NCBI GenBank assembly: GCA_046094425.1
Contig: JBJTHI010000158.1
Span: 1-62,835, forward strand
Reading direction: 5' to 3'
Length of the DNA stretch: 62,835 nucleotides
Origin: Burkholderiales bacterium
Lineage (GTDB): Bacteria > Pseudomonadota > Gammaproteobacteria > Burkholderiales > Burkholderiaceae_C
Position 1 is the stretch's first letter; every line of letters begins with the position of its first letter. A program made the translations under genes and the position numbers. This document shows, piece after piece, positions 18,921 through 27,714 of this stretch. Below the pieces are notes generated by a model. The model did no database searches, was not told the origin of the DNA, and saw nothing but the letters and a program-made list of their open reading frames with translations.

Positions 18921-20386
18921 CGCGCTTCCTTGCCAGGTGCGGTGTTGTTAGAGCCGCTTCTAACCTCAGCACCAGCCGCCCATTGCACCAGGGCCTCTAG
19001 CGCAGGCCGAGCGGCATTGGCATTGGCATGGTTGACGATGCCCACCACCACCAGGCGCTGGCCACTGGGGGCGAGGACATAACCTGCGATGCCCGCCACA
19101 TCACGTAGCGAACCGGTTTTGAGGTGGGTGCGGCCCACGGCGGCTTTGCTGTTGCGCAAGGTGCCGTCGATGCCGCCCACGGGCAAGGAGCTGATGAGCT
19201 CGGGCATGCTCGCGCTGCTCCAGGTTCGACGCAGTAGTTGCGCGAGCAACTGGGCTGTCACGCGGTTTTGGCGCGACAGGCCTGAGCCGTTATCTACTAC
19301 CAATGCGCGACCCGCTTCGCCCACTTGGTCTTGCACCCACTGCCGCAGTACCTCACGCGCAGCGTCCAAACCAGCGGGGATGCGCTGCTGGGCCGCTAAC
19401 GTGAAGAAGAGTTGCTGCGCCATCACGTTGTTGCTGTGTTTGTTGATGTCGCGGATTACCTCGGCGAGAGCCGGTGAAACCAATTCAAAGGTGGGGGCCG
19501 TGCTGGGCGCATTTCCTTCGCGCACCACACCACCGAGTTTGCCGCCCATGCTTTGCCACAAACCGAGCACGGCACGCTCGTTGTAGGTTCTGGCGTCGGT
19601 GTAGGCCACAGGCCAAAATTTTTCGCCGCAACTGCTGGGGTAGCTGCCGCTCAAACGCCATTGGTTGCTGTTAGAGAAGTCGGCCCTGAGGCCGCCGCGC
19701 CAGTCACCGCAGGGGACATTGCTAAGGGGCACGCTGGCCGGGAGGCTGTGGTTGGCCAGCGGCAGATCGGGGCTGACCCAAGCCACACCACGCGCCGGGT
19801 CGGGCGTGAAGGTCATCACCATGGCTTTGAAGTTGATGAGCAGAGCGTCAGCCGAAGCGTTGTAAGGGCGCAGCGGCTCGCCGTCAAAGTCGGCCGGGTT
19901 TTGCTCGGGCACCACAAAGCTGCTGCGATCCAGCACGATGTCGCCGCGTATCTCACGCACGCCCAACTGCTGCACCCGGCGCAGCAATAGCCACAGCCGC
20001 TCCACCACGAGTTTGGGGTCACCACTGCCTTTGATGACCAAATTGCCTTCCAGCACACCACCCGGCGATACGCTGCCGGTGAGCCAGACCGGGGTTTTCC
20101 AAGTCCATGCCGGGCCAAGCAAATCCAGTGCGGCCGTGGTGGTCAGCAGTTTCATCAGCGAGGCCGGGTTGACGGCTGTTTGCGCTTGCCACGACAGGCG
20201 AGGCTGTGCCGCGCTCACCTCGTGCACCACCGCCACCAAAGCCTCTGGAGGCACTTGGGCACGCACCAGCGCGGCTTCTACGGTGGCGGGAAGGGGCGTG
20301 GGCGCGACCACCGCTTGCGCCAAACACTGAGGTGATGCAAACGCAGCGCAGGCCAGTAGCAGGGGTTTTAACAGCAAGGTTTTCAT
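18917..20386 (-). CDS. dacB: D-alanyl-D-alanine carboxypeptidase/endopeptidase (PBP4)
   Basis: Signal peptide MKTLLLKPLLLACAAFA, with SLMKL (SxxK) and KTG(S) motifs. Confidence 0.9.
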   Translation of the reverse strand: MKTLLLKPLLLACAAFASPQCLAQAVVAPTPLPATVEAALVRAQVPPEALVAVVHEVSAAQPRLSWQAQTAVNPASLMKLLTTTAALDLLGPAWTWKTPVWLTGSVSPGGVLEGNLVIKGSGDPKLVVERLWLLLRRVQQLGVREIRGDIVLDRSSFVVPEQNPADFDGEPLRPYNASADALLINFKAMVMTFTPDPARGVAWVSPDLPLANHSLPASVPLSNVPCGDWRGGLRADFSNSNQWRLSGSYPSSCGEKFWPVAYTDARTYNERAVLGLWQSMGGKLGGVVREGNAPSTAPTFELVSPALAEVIRDINKHSNNVMAQQLFFTLAAQQRIPAGLDAAREVLRQWVQDQVGEAGRALVVDNGSGLSRQNRVTAQLLAQLLRRTWSSASMPELISSLPVGGIDGTLRNSKAAVGRTHLKTGSLRDVAGIAGYVLAPSGQRLVVVGIVNHANANAARPALEALVQWAAGAEVRSGSNNTAPGKEAR

Positions 20387-20480
20387 GCGCAACATCATCG
20401 CATGGGCCACCTTTTGGGCCAGCGCGAACCCGGGCGATAAACTCGCCACCTCTCACGTTTCACCCCCACACAATGCCACC

Positions 20481-21254
20481 ATGAGCCGCTTGCTGGCCTT
20501 TGATACCTCCACCCAGACCATGAGCGTCGCGCTCTGGGTGGATGGCGATGTGTTGACGTTTGATGGAGAAGGCGGCCCAGCCGCTTCTACCCAATTGATG
20601 GCGCAAATTCAACGCCTGCTGGCGCAAGCGCAAATGAGTTTGCAAGCACTGGACGTCATTGGATTTGGTCGCGGCCCAGGGGCATTTACCGGCTTGCGCA
20701 CAGCCTGCGCCGTGGCCCAAGGCCTGGCTTTGGGCGCAGACAAACCCGTGCTGGCTTTGGACTCGCTGTTGGCCGTGGCGCAAGACGCCTGTTTGACACT
20801 AGGGGCAGCACACCAACAACAAGGGCAGCCGATCTGGGTGGTCAACGACGCCCGCATGGGCGAGGTGTACGCAGCGCAGTACGTTTGGCAACTCGCTACA
20901 GCAGATTGGCATCAACTCACCGCACCGTTGCTCTCTCGACCCGAGGCGCTTGCCGCACAGTGGAGCCACAACCCACCCCACGCAGTGGCGGGCAATGCCT
21001 TATTGGTACCCGAATTGGCGCATGCACTGGTTCAAGCACCCTGCTTGCACGGCGTGGCCCAGTTCCCACAAGCGCAGGTGCGCGCGCGTGCTTTGGCCGT
21101 ATTGACCGATCACGCATGGCGACGTGGAGAAGCAGTAGATGCCGCGCTGGCGTTGCCGCTGTATGTGCGCGACCAGGTCGCTCTCACCACCGCCCAGCGG
21201 CAGGCTTCGCGCGCGGGTGTCAGTGCACCGTCTGATACGGTGAGTGCATCATGA
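20481..21254 (+). CDS. tsaB: tRNA t6A biosynthesis protein TsaB
   Basis: LLAFDTSTQTMSVAL...GPGAFTGLR motifs. Confidence 0.88.
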   Translation: MSRLLAFDTSTQTMSVALWVDGDVLTFDGEGGPAASTQLMAQIQRLLAQAQMSLQALDVIGFGRGPGAFTGLRTACAVAQGLALGADKPVLALDSLLAVAQDACLTLGAAHQQQGQPIWVVNDARMGEVYAAQYVWQLATADWHQLTAPLLSRPEALAAQWSHNPPHAVAGNALLVPELAHALVQAPCLHGVAQFPQAQVRARALAVLTDHAWRRGEAVDAALALPLYVRDQVALTTAQRQASRAGVSAPSDTVSAS

Positions 21255-21760
21255 ACGCCCGCTTGCAAGAGCAGCGCGGTCAATTGACTCCAGGCCAACG
21301 TTTGGAGGCCATGACCGTGGCTGCGCTGGATGCCGTCATGGCGGTGGAGCAACGCGCCTATGCTTTCCCGTGGACACGCGGCAACTTCATCGATTCAATG
21401 GCTGCGGGTTACGCGGCACAGTTGCTGTTTGCTGAACAGCAGTTGCTCGGGTATTTCGTGGCTATGCAGGGAGTAGAGGAAACGCACCTGCTCAACATTA
21501 CCGTTAAACCCGAGTTTCAAGGGCAGGGTCACGCCTCTATCTTGTTTCGCGCCTTGCGTGCTTACTGCGAGGACATAGGTGCCCGTAAATTGTGGTTGGA
21601 GGTGCGCGCCAGCAATTTGCATGCGCAGCATGTGTACCGGCACTACGGGTTTCAGCACATCGGCATTCGCAAAGCATATTACCCGGCGGCCCTGGGGCAA
21701 CGTGAAGACGCCGTAGTTATGTCTCTTGATTTGAAGCCCACTTTCCAGGGGCAAGCATGA
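21251..21760 (+). CDS. rimI: ribosomal-protein-alanine N-acetyltransferase
   Basis: GNAT fold with an ATGA overlap onto tsaB. Confidence 0.88.
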   Translation: MNARLQEQRGQLTPGQRLEAMTVAALDAVMAVEQRAYAFPWTRGNFIDSMAAGYAAQLLFAEQQLLGYFVAMQGVEETHLLNITVKPEFQGQGHASILFRALRAYCEDIGARKLWLEVRASNLHAQHVYRHYGFQHIGIRKAYYPAALGQREDAVVMSLDLKPTFQGQA

Positions 21761-22545
21761 GTGATTGGACGGCCAGGCAACGCGCCATGCTTGCAGAAAT
21801 GGGCACACCGCTGTGGTTCGTGCCGCCGGTTCAACCGGCGGTTGAATGGCCGCTTGAGGCGCAAGCCGTCGCACCCGCAGCGCCCGCTGCGGTGCCCGTG
21901 CCTGTTGCTGTCGCCCATGTTGAACCCAAGCAAGAAACTTCTAAGCAACCTAGTGCTGTCGTCGCTATGGACTGGCCTGCCTTGCGTGAGGCCGTGGCAG
22001 GCTGCCGAGCCTGCGGTTTGTGCGAGAGCCGCACCCAAACTGTGTTTGGTGTCGGTCACTTGCAAGCACATTGGATGGTGGTGGGCGAAGCACCAGGTGA
22101 GCAGGAAGATCGGCAAGGAGAGCCCTTCGTTGGCAAGTCAGGCCAGTTGCTGGACAACATGCTGGGTGCTTTGGGGTTGTCACGCTCTGCTGCAGAGGGC
22201 GTGGACGATCCTGCCCGCCAGGTTTATATCGCCAATACCTTGAAGTGTCGTCCGCCAGGCAATCGCAACCCCCTGCCGGAAGAGTTAAAAGAATGTGAAC
22301 CCTATTTGGTGCGCCAGATTGAACTGGTGCAACCAAAAATCATCTTGGCTATGGGCCGTTTTGCGGTGCAAAGCCTCTTGCGCAGCAACGAGCCCATAGG
22401 CAAACTGCGCGGGCGCGTCCACCGGTTTCAAGGGGTGCCCCTGATCGTGACCTACCACCCGGCCTATCTTATGCGCAATTTGGAAGATAAAGCCAAGGCC
22501 TGGGACGACTTGTGCCTGGCCCGTATCACCCACGAGGGGGTATGA
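21757..22545 (+). CDS. uracil-DNA glycosylase, family 4
   Basis: CRACGLC...GEAPGEQEDRQGEPFVGKSGQLL motifs, with an ATGA overlap onto rimI. Confidence 0.88.
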   Translation: MSDWTARQRAMLAEMGTPLWFVPPVQPAVEWPLEAQAVAPAAPAAVPVPVAVAHVEPKQETSKQPSAVVAMDWPALREAVAGCRACGLCESRTQTVFGVGHLQAHWMVVGEAPGEQEDRQGEPFVGKSGQLLDNMLGALGLSRSAAEGVDDPARQVYIANTLKCRPPGNRNPLPEELKECEPYLVRQIELVQPKIILAMGRFAVQSLLRSNEPIGKLRGRVHRFQGVPLIVTYHPAYLMRNLEDKAKAWDDLCLARITHEGV

Positions 22546-22575
22546 AGGGCGTGCATCTGTGTGTAATCTCACAAC

Positions 22576-25065
22576 ATGCCTGCGATGACCCTCCTCCAAA
22601 AGCCCCCTGCTGTTGCCGAGCTGTTCACAGACACTGCGCTGTGGGACGCCCTGCCGAGCATGGCCGTGATGCTGTCCCCCGAGGGGGACTTGTTGCGCAG
22701 CAACCGGGCCTTTGACCGCTATTTGTCGCAGCGCGTGGCCACCATCGCGTCGCGTATTGAGCGCAAGTGCCAATGGTTGAGCGAAATGTCTTGCCAGGCC
22801 TTGCTTGATGCACTGGCGCGGCGTGAAGACTTTCGTTTGTTGGTCTACCCACGAGCCGAACACGATCCTGACGACGTGCCCGCCTGTTTTGAATGCCAGG
22901 CCCAGTGGTTGCCTGAGGACGGCACCTATAGCTGCGTTTTGCATGACGTGGGCCACGCCCACCACACTGCCCGGTTGCTCGAAGCCCAGGCCCAGCAGTT
23001 TCGTTTGCTCGCCAACAACGTGCCGGTCTTGATTGCGTATTACGACGCTATCCACTTCACTTGCCAGTTCGCCAACAGCCAGTATGCCCGTACCTTTGGT
23101 TGGGATGAACGCAGCATCATTGGCCGCAATTTTGCGGAAATCATCGGTGTGGACGCCGCTGCTCAAATTCAACCTCAAGTGAATAAGGTGCTTCAAGAGC
23201 GCAAGGGTGTTTCTTACGAGCGCCAGTTGCCCAATCCTGATGGCGGCACCACGCATATTGAAGTGAACATCATTCCCCACCTGGATGCCAGTGGTGTTCC
23301 CGTGGGTGGTTATGTGCTGATCTCAGACATCACCCGGCATCGCGTGGCTGAACAGGCGTTGCGCGAATCGGAAGAGCGTTTGGCCAAATTTATGCAAGCC
23401 AGCGCCGAAGGCATTGTTTTTCATCAAAACGGGGTGGTGACTGATGCCAACCCGCCCATTTGCGAGTTGCTGGGCTACGAATTGAACGAGTTGCTCGGGC
23501 GCAAAACATTGGAATTCATTGCCCCCGATCACTTGGCCAAAGTGATCACGGTGATGGCCACGGGTCAAGAAACCACCTACGAGAGTGTGCTCATCGACAA
23601 ACAAGGGCGGCGCCTGCCGGTGGAGTTCATCGTGCGCACCATCATGCGTCACGGTGAAAAACTGCGCATGACCATCGTGCGTGACCTGCGTGACCGCGAA
23701 GCGGCCCGAGCCCGCATCCACTACCAAGCCCACCACGATGCGCTGACCGGTTTGCTCAACCGCACAGCCTTCATGGAGCGCTTGGATCACCTGATTGCTG
23801 CCTCACGCAGCAACAGCCGCAAAGGCGACGCTGTGCAGTCCATGGCTTTGCTCTTCATTGACCTGGATCACTTCAAACGTGTCAACGACTCGCTTGGCCA
23901 CCTGGCGGGTGACGTGCTCTTGCGCACGGTCGCCAAACGCATCACCGGTTGCTTGCGGCAAAGTGATTTGGTGGCCCGGTTTGGTGGGGACGAGTTTATG
24001 GTTCTGTTGCCACAAATGGGCAGCCGCGCCGAAGTGGAAGAGGTGGCCAGCAAACTACTCAGTGAGGTGGAGGCGCCGGTGTCTGTGGAAAGCTGGCCGC
24101 TGTCGGTCACGCCGTCGGTTGGAATTGCTTTGTTCCCGGAAGATGGCACCACGGCCGACGCCTTAATCAAGAACGCCGACACGGCCATGTACCAAGCCAA
24201 AGCACGCGGCCGTGCAAGTTACTGTTTTTTCACACCCGAAATGGCCAGCAACGCGTACGCTGATTTGGTGATGGAAGGTGAGTTGGCGCAGGCCCTGGCG
24301 CGCAATGAGTTTGAGCTTTATTTCCAACCGCAAGTTACCGCAGACAAGCAATCGCTGGTGGGCGTAGAAGCCTTGATACGCTGGCACCACCCAACACGCG
24401 GTTTGCTTATGCCTGACGACTTCATTCCTGTGGCAGAACAACAGCGTTTGATGCTGCCCATAGGGCAGTGGGTGCTGCGTGAGGCTGCGCGTGCGGCCGC
24501 GCTGTGGCATCGCCAAGGCTTGCAGATTGGGCCGGTGGCCGTGAACCTCTCCAACATGCAGTTCCAGTCCGGCGGGTTTGTCGATAACGTCTCGTCCATC
24601 CTGGCCGAAGAAGATGCCAAGGGGGAATGGATTGAATTTGAAATCACCGAACGCATGTTGATGGACGACCTGCCCGGTGTGCAACGGCGTTTGAAACAGC
24701 TCAGCGCGTTGGGCATCTTGATATCGGTGGACGATTTCGGGACCGGCTATTCCTCGCTGGGCCACTTGAAAGAGTTGCCCATCGACAAGATGAAAATCGA
24801 TCGCTCCTTTGTGCGAGACCTGCCCGAAGATACCGACTCAGCGGCCATTGCTTGCGCCATCGTGCAAATGGCGCGCAGCCTCGGGATCACCGTCATGGCC
24901 GAGGGCCTAGAAACCGAGGCGCAGCGCCTGTTTCTGGCTGGACAAGGTTGTCATGAGCTCCAGGGCGACCTCATCAGCAAACCGCTCAGGGCTGCCGACT
25001 TGGCCACTTGGGTGCGGGCACGTGCTACCGCTCGTGCCCACTCTGAGGTTGTAGCCACAGCCTGA
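22576..25065 (+). CDS. PAS/PAC - GGDEF - EAL signalling protein (diguanylate cyclase/phosphodiesterase)
   Basis: RFGGDEF and EALIRW motifs are intact, and at least two PAS modules lie N-terminal to them. Confidence 0.9.
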   Translation: MPAMTLLQKPPAVAELFTDTALWDALPSMAVMLSPEGDLLRSNRAFDRYLSQRVATIASRIERKCQWLSEMSCQALLDALARREDFRLLVYPRAEHDPDDVPACFECQAQWLPEDGTYSCVLHDVGHAHHTARLLEAQAQQFRLLANNVPVLIAYYDAIHFTCQFANSQYARTFGWDERSIIGRNFAEIIGVDAAAQIQPQVNKVLQERKGVSYERQLPNPDGGTTHIEVNIIPHLDASGVPVGGYVLISDITRHRVAEQALRESEERLAKFMQASAEGIVFHQNGVVTDANPPICELLGYELNELLGRKTLEFIAPDHLAKVITVMATGQETTYESVLIDKQGRRLPVEFIVRTIMRHGEKLRMTIVRDLRDREAARARIHYQAHHDALTGLLNRTAFMERLDHLIAASRSNSRKGDAVQSMALLFIDLDHFKRVNDSLGHLAGDVLLRTVAKRITGCLRQSDLVARFGGDEFMVLLPQMGSRAEVEEVASKLLSEVEAPVSVESWPLSVTPSVGIALFPEDGTTADALIKNADTAMYQAKARGRASYCFFTPEMASNAYADLVMEGELAQALARNEFELYFQPQVTADKQSLVGVEALIRWHHPTRGLLMPDDFIPVAEQQRLMLPIGQWVLREAARAAALWHRQGLQIGPVAVNLSNMQFQSGGFVDNVSSILAEEDAKGEWIEFEITERMLMDDLPGVQRRLKQLSALGILISVDDFGTGYSSLGHLKELPIDKMKIDRSFVRDLPEDTDSAAIACAIVQMARSLGITVMAEGLETEAQRLFLAGQGCHELQGDLISKPLRAADLATWVRARATARAHSEVVATA

Positions 25066-25086
25066 GGATCGCCCCTCGCCGATGTC

Positions 25087-25392
25087 CTAGCGCGGCACTG
25101 CCGATGCCGTCGGCTGCTGCGCAGCAGTGGCGAGCGATGATGGTTCAGTCCCTGCTCGCTTGGGGTCGGGATGGCTGACTGGTTTCGTGTTCGGATTGAC
25201 GCTTTGCATGGCTTTTGCAAGTGCGGGGCCGAACAAGTCGGCGCTGCAGGGCAGTTCACCCGCCGCGCGCGCGCGCAAGAATTCCGCCTTGACTTCTGCT
25301 CGGCTCAGCGGGGTCGTCTGAGCGTGGACTGGGTTTGCCAGGCTCGCAATCAAGGTGAGCAGCGACGTCGACAGGAACGAAGAGGTTTTCAT
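25087..25392 (-). CDS. DUF4148-like small secreted protein
   Basis: Signal peptide MKTSSFLSTSLLTLIASLANPVHA, followed by LSRAEVKAEFLRARAAGEL. Confidence 0.7.
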   Translation of the reverse strand: MKTSSFLSTSLLTLIASLANPVHAQTTPLSRAEVKAEFLRARAAGELPCSADLFGPALAKAMQSVNPNTKPVSHPDPKRAGTEPSSLATAAQQPTASAVPR

Positions 25393-25569
25393 GGTCTTTC
25401 CTTTTCTGCTCAAACTCAAGCGCTTGGCCACAGAGCCAAACCATCCATGGTTTGAGCATGGTGGTGACTTTATTGGTGCAAATAAAGAATATAAAGACCA
25501 ATTAATGGAACCATGAATTTCAATTTCAGCAACAATTGAGGCTCCCAAACTTTCTAGCTGAGAGCGATC

Positions 25570-26517
25570 TTGGATCGACTTCATTCCATGCGGGTCTTTG
25601 CCCGCGTCATTGACGAAGGTAGTTTTGCCGCTGCGGCCAGGGCATTGAATCTTTCCGCGGCGGTGGTCACACGTTTGGTGGCCGACCTGGAGGAGCACCT
25701 CAGCACGCGGTTGATCAACCGCACGACCCGGCGTTTGGCGCTGACCGATACCGGGGAGCTTTACCTGGAGCGGGTGCGGCAAATACTGTCGGAAGTGGAA
25801 GAGGCTGAAGCCCTGGCCAGCGCGGCCACGTCCGAGCCGCGAGGCATCGTGCGTGTGTTGTCGCCGCCCGCATTCGCCGTCCACCAACTGGCACCCCTGT
25901 TGCCAGGGTTTCGCAGGCGGTTTCCCAAGGTGTCGGTCGATTTGTCAGCCCCGGGGCCGGTCTCGACGGTGGACGAGAACTTCGACATCAGCATCCTCAT
26001 GACGCAGCGGCCACCGGATGGCGAATTCATCGCCCGGCTGTTGGCCAGAACCGCCTGGATCGTATGCGCTTCGCCGAGTTATCTGAATGAACGCGGCCGC
26101 CCCGCTCACCCCAGTGACTTGATGCGCCACCGTGTGATGGCGCCCAGCACAGTTCGTGAGGTTTCTTTCCGTGCGGATGCATCGCATCCTTCGCACGCAA
26201 ACGCAGCTGTGGCAGTGGCCGATGAAACCGTGACCTTGTCGTCGGTACGGGCCGCGCTTTCCACCAGCCACATCGATACCTTGTTTGCGGCTGCACGCGC
26301 GGGATTGGGCATTGCTGGCCTGCCGTCTTTTGTCGTTCATGGCGCTTTGCGTGATGGCAGCTTAGAGCGGGTGCTGCCGCATTGGCGTTTGCTCACGGCG
26401 TCGATCTATTTGGCCATGCCCACACGTCAATATGTGCCAGCACGTACCCGCGCGCTTTGGAACTTCCTACTTGAATCGTTGGGCGGTCAAGAGCGAGACC
26501 CCTGGTTAGACACTTGA
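25570..26517 (+). CDS. LysR-family transcriptional regulator
   Basis: (M)DRLHSMRVFARVIDEGSFAAAARALNLS is the HTH region. The start is TTG. Confidence 0.9.
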   Translation: MDRLHSMRVFARVIDEGSFAAAARALNLSAAVVTRLVADLEEHLSTRLINRTTRRLALTDTGELYLERVRQILSEVEEAEALASAATSEPRGIVRVLSPPAFAVHQLAPLLPGFRRRFPKVSVDLSAPGPVSTVDENFDISILMTQRPPDGEFIARLLARTAWIVCASPSYLNERGRPAHPSDLMRHRVMAPSTVREVSFRADASHPSHANAAVAVADETVTLSSVRAALSTSHIDTLFAAARAGLGIAGLPSFVVHGALRDGSLERVLPHWRLLTASIYLAMPTRQYVPARTRALWNFLLESLGGQERDPWLDT

Positions 26518-26535
26518 GCCAGCAGCCGGCGACGG

Positions 26536-27612
26536 TCAGTAAAACGCTTCCACCCGGGTGGTCCCCATCAAAGGCTCCAGCAATCGCGCCAGTGGACGCA
26601 GAGCGTTGTAGCGGTCGGCGGCCTTGTGGGCGTAAGCGAAAAAGCGCGGCAAGTCTTCGCTGTATTTGGGTTTGTGATCGCGGTGTTTCAAGCGACAAAA
26701 AATGCCCAGCACCTTGAGGTGGCGCTGCAAGCCCATCCATTCAAGCTGGCGCCAGAACTCGCCGAAATCTTCATCCACGGGCAGGGCGGCTTTTTTGGCG
26801 GCTTGCCAATAACGCACGGCGATGTCAATTTCTTGTTCTTCGTTCCAACTGAAAAAAGCGTCGCGTATCAGTGAGGCGATGTCGTAGGTGATGGGGCCAC
26901 GCACCGCGTCTTGGAAGTCGAGCACGGCCAATCCTTTCGGCGTGACCATGAGGTTGCGTGGCATGAAATCGCGGTGAACCGCCGCCATGGGTTGAGCCAA
27001 AGCACTTTGAACCAGCAAGTCACAGGCCTTGTGCCACTCAGATTGTTCGTCTTGATTCCACGTGACGCCGCGTTCTTGCTGAACACACCACTGGGGGAAC
27101 AGGGCCAACTCGCGGCGCAGCAGGGCGTCGTCGTAAGGCAGCCAGGAATCGCAAACCATTTTTTCTTGCCAGGCGACCAAGGTGTTGATGGCCGAGCGCA
27201 TCAGGGTCTGGCTTTTGGCGTGGTTGTGTTGTGAGGCTTGGCTTTGTAGCTCTGTCAACATCAAGGTGGTGCCGAGGTCACTCAACAACAAAAAACCTTG
27301 CGCTTCGTCCTGTGCCAACACCTGGGGGCAGTTCAAGCCCACGTTGGCCATTTCCTTGGCGCGCAGAACGAAAGGCCGCACGTCTTCCATGGGCGGTGGC
27401 GCGTCCATGACGATGAAGCTGCCACCAGCTTGGCTGTCCACACGCAAATAACGTCGAAAGCTGGCGTCACTGGAGGCAGCGCGTAAGGTGTGCGGCAACA
27501 AACCGTGAACACCGACCAAGGGCGCTAACCATTGCTCGAAAACGGCTTGGCGATCGCTGCTGGGCCATGTGACCGGCGCGGTTGTCGAAGATGAAGAGGG
27601 GCTAGAAGTCAT
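26536..27612 (-). CDS. aminoglycoside-phosphotransferase-fold kinase (AmgK-like anomeric MurNAc/GlcNAc kinase candidate)
   Basis: APH-type HRDFMPRN and DFQD motifs. It lies divergent to lptD, where amgK sits in pseudomonads. No murU partner is present in this window. Confidence 0.7.
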   Translation of the reverse strand: MTSSPSSSSTTAPVTWPSSDRQAVFEQWLAPLVGVHGLLPHTLRAASSDASFRRYLRVDSQAGGSFIVMDAPPPMEDVRPFVLRAKEMANVGLNCPQVLAQDEAQGFLLLSDLGTTLMLTELQSQASQHNHAKSQTLMRSAINTLVAWQEKMVCDSWLPYDDALLRRELALFPQWCVQQERGVTWNQDEQSEWHKACDLLVQSALAQPMAAVHRDFMPRNLMVTPKGLAVLDFQDAVRGPITYDIASLIRDAFFSWNEEQEIDIAVRYWQAAKKAALPVDEDFGEFWRQLEWMGLQRHLKVLGIFCRLKHRDHKPKYSEDLPRFFAYAHKAADRYNALRPLARLLEPLMGTTRVEAFY

Positions 27613-27714
27613 GAGTTGCCTTTGCACCAGGGTGCAGTGCACCTGCATGGAATAATCAATTCTACAAATCACCCTTCTCGGCATTGCTGAGATTCAGTCG
27701 TTTCACCGAGCGCC

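Noticed and set aside
25440-25545. AT-rich stretch with TTGGT-n19-ACCAA symmetry between the DUF4148 gene and the LysR regulator as a LysR T-N11-A box
   Set aside because: The spacing does not match the T-N11-A consensus, and the symmetry is short. It is probably just a shared divergent promoter region.
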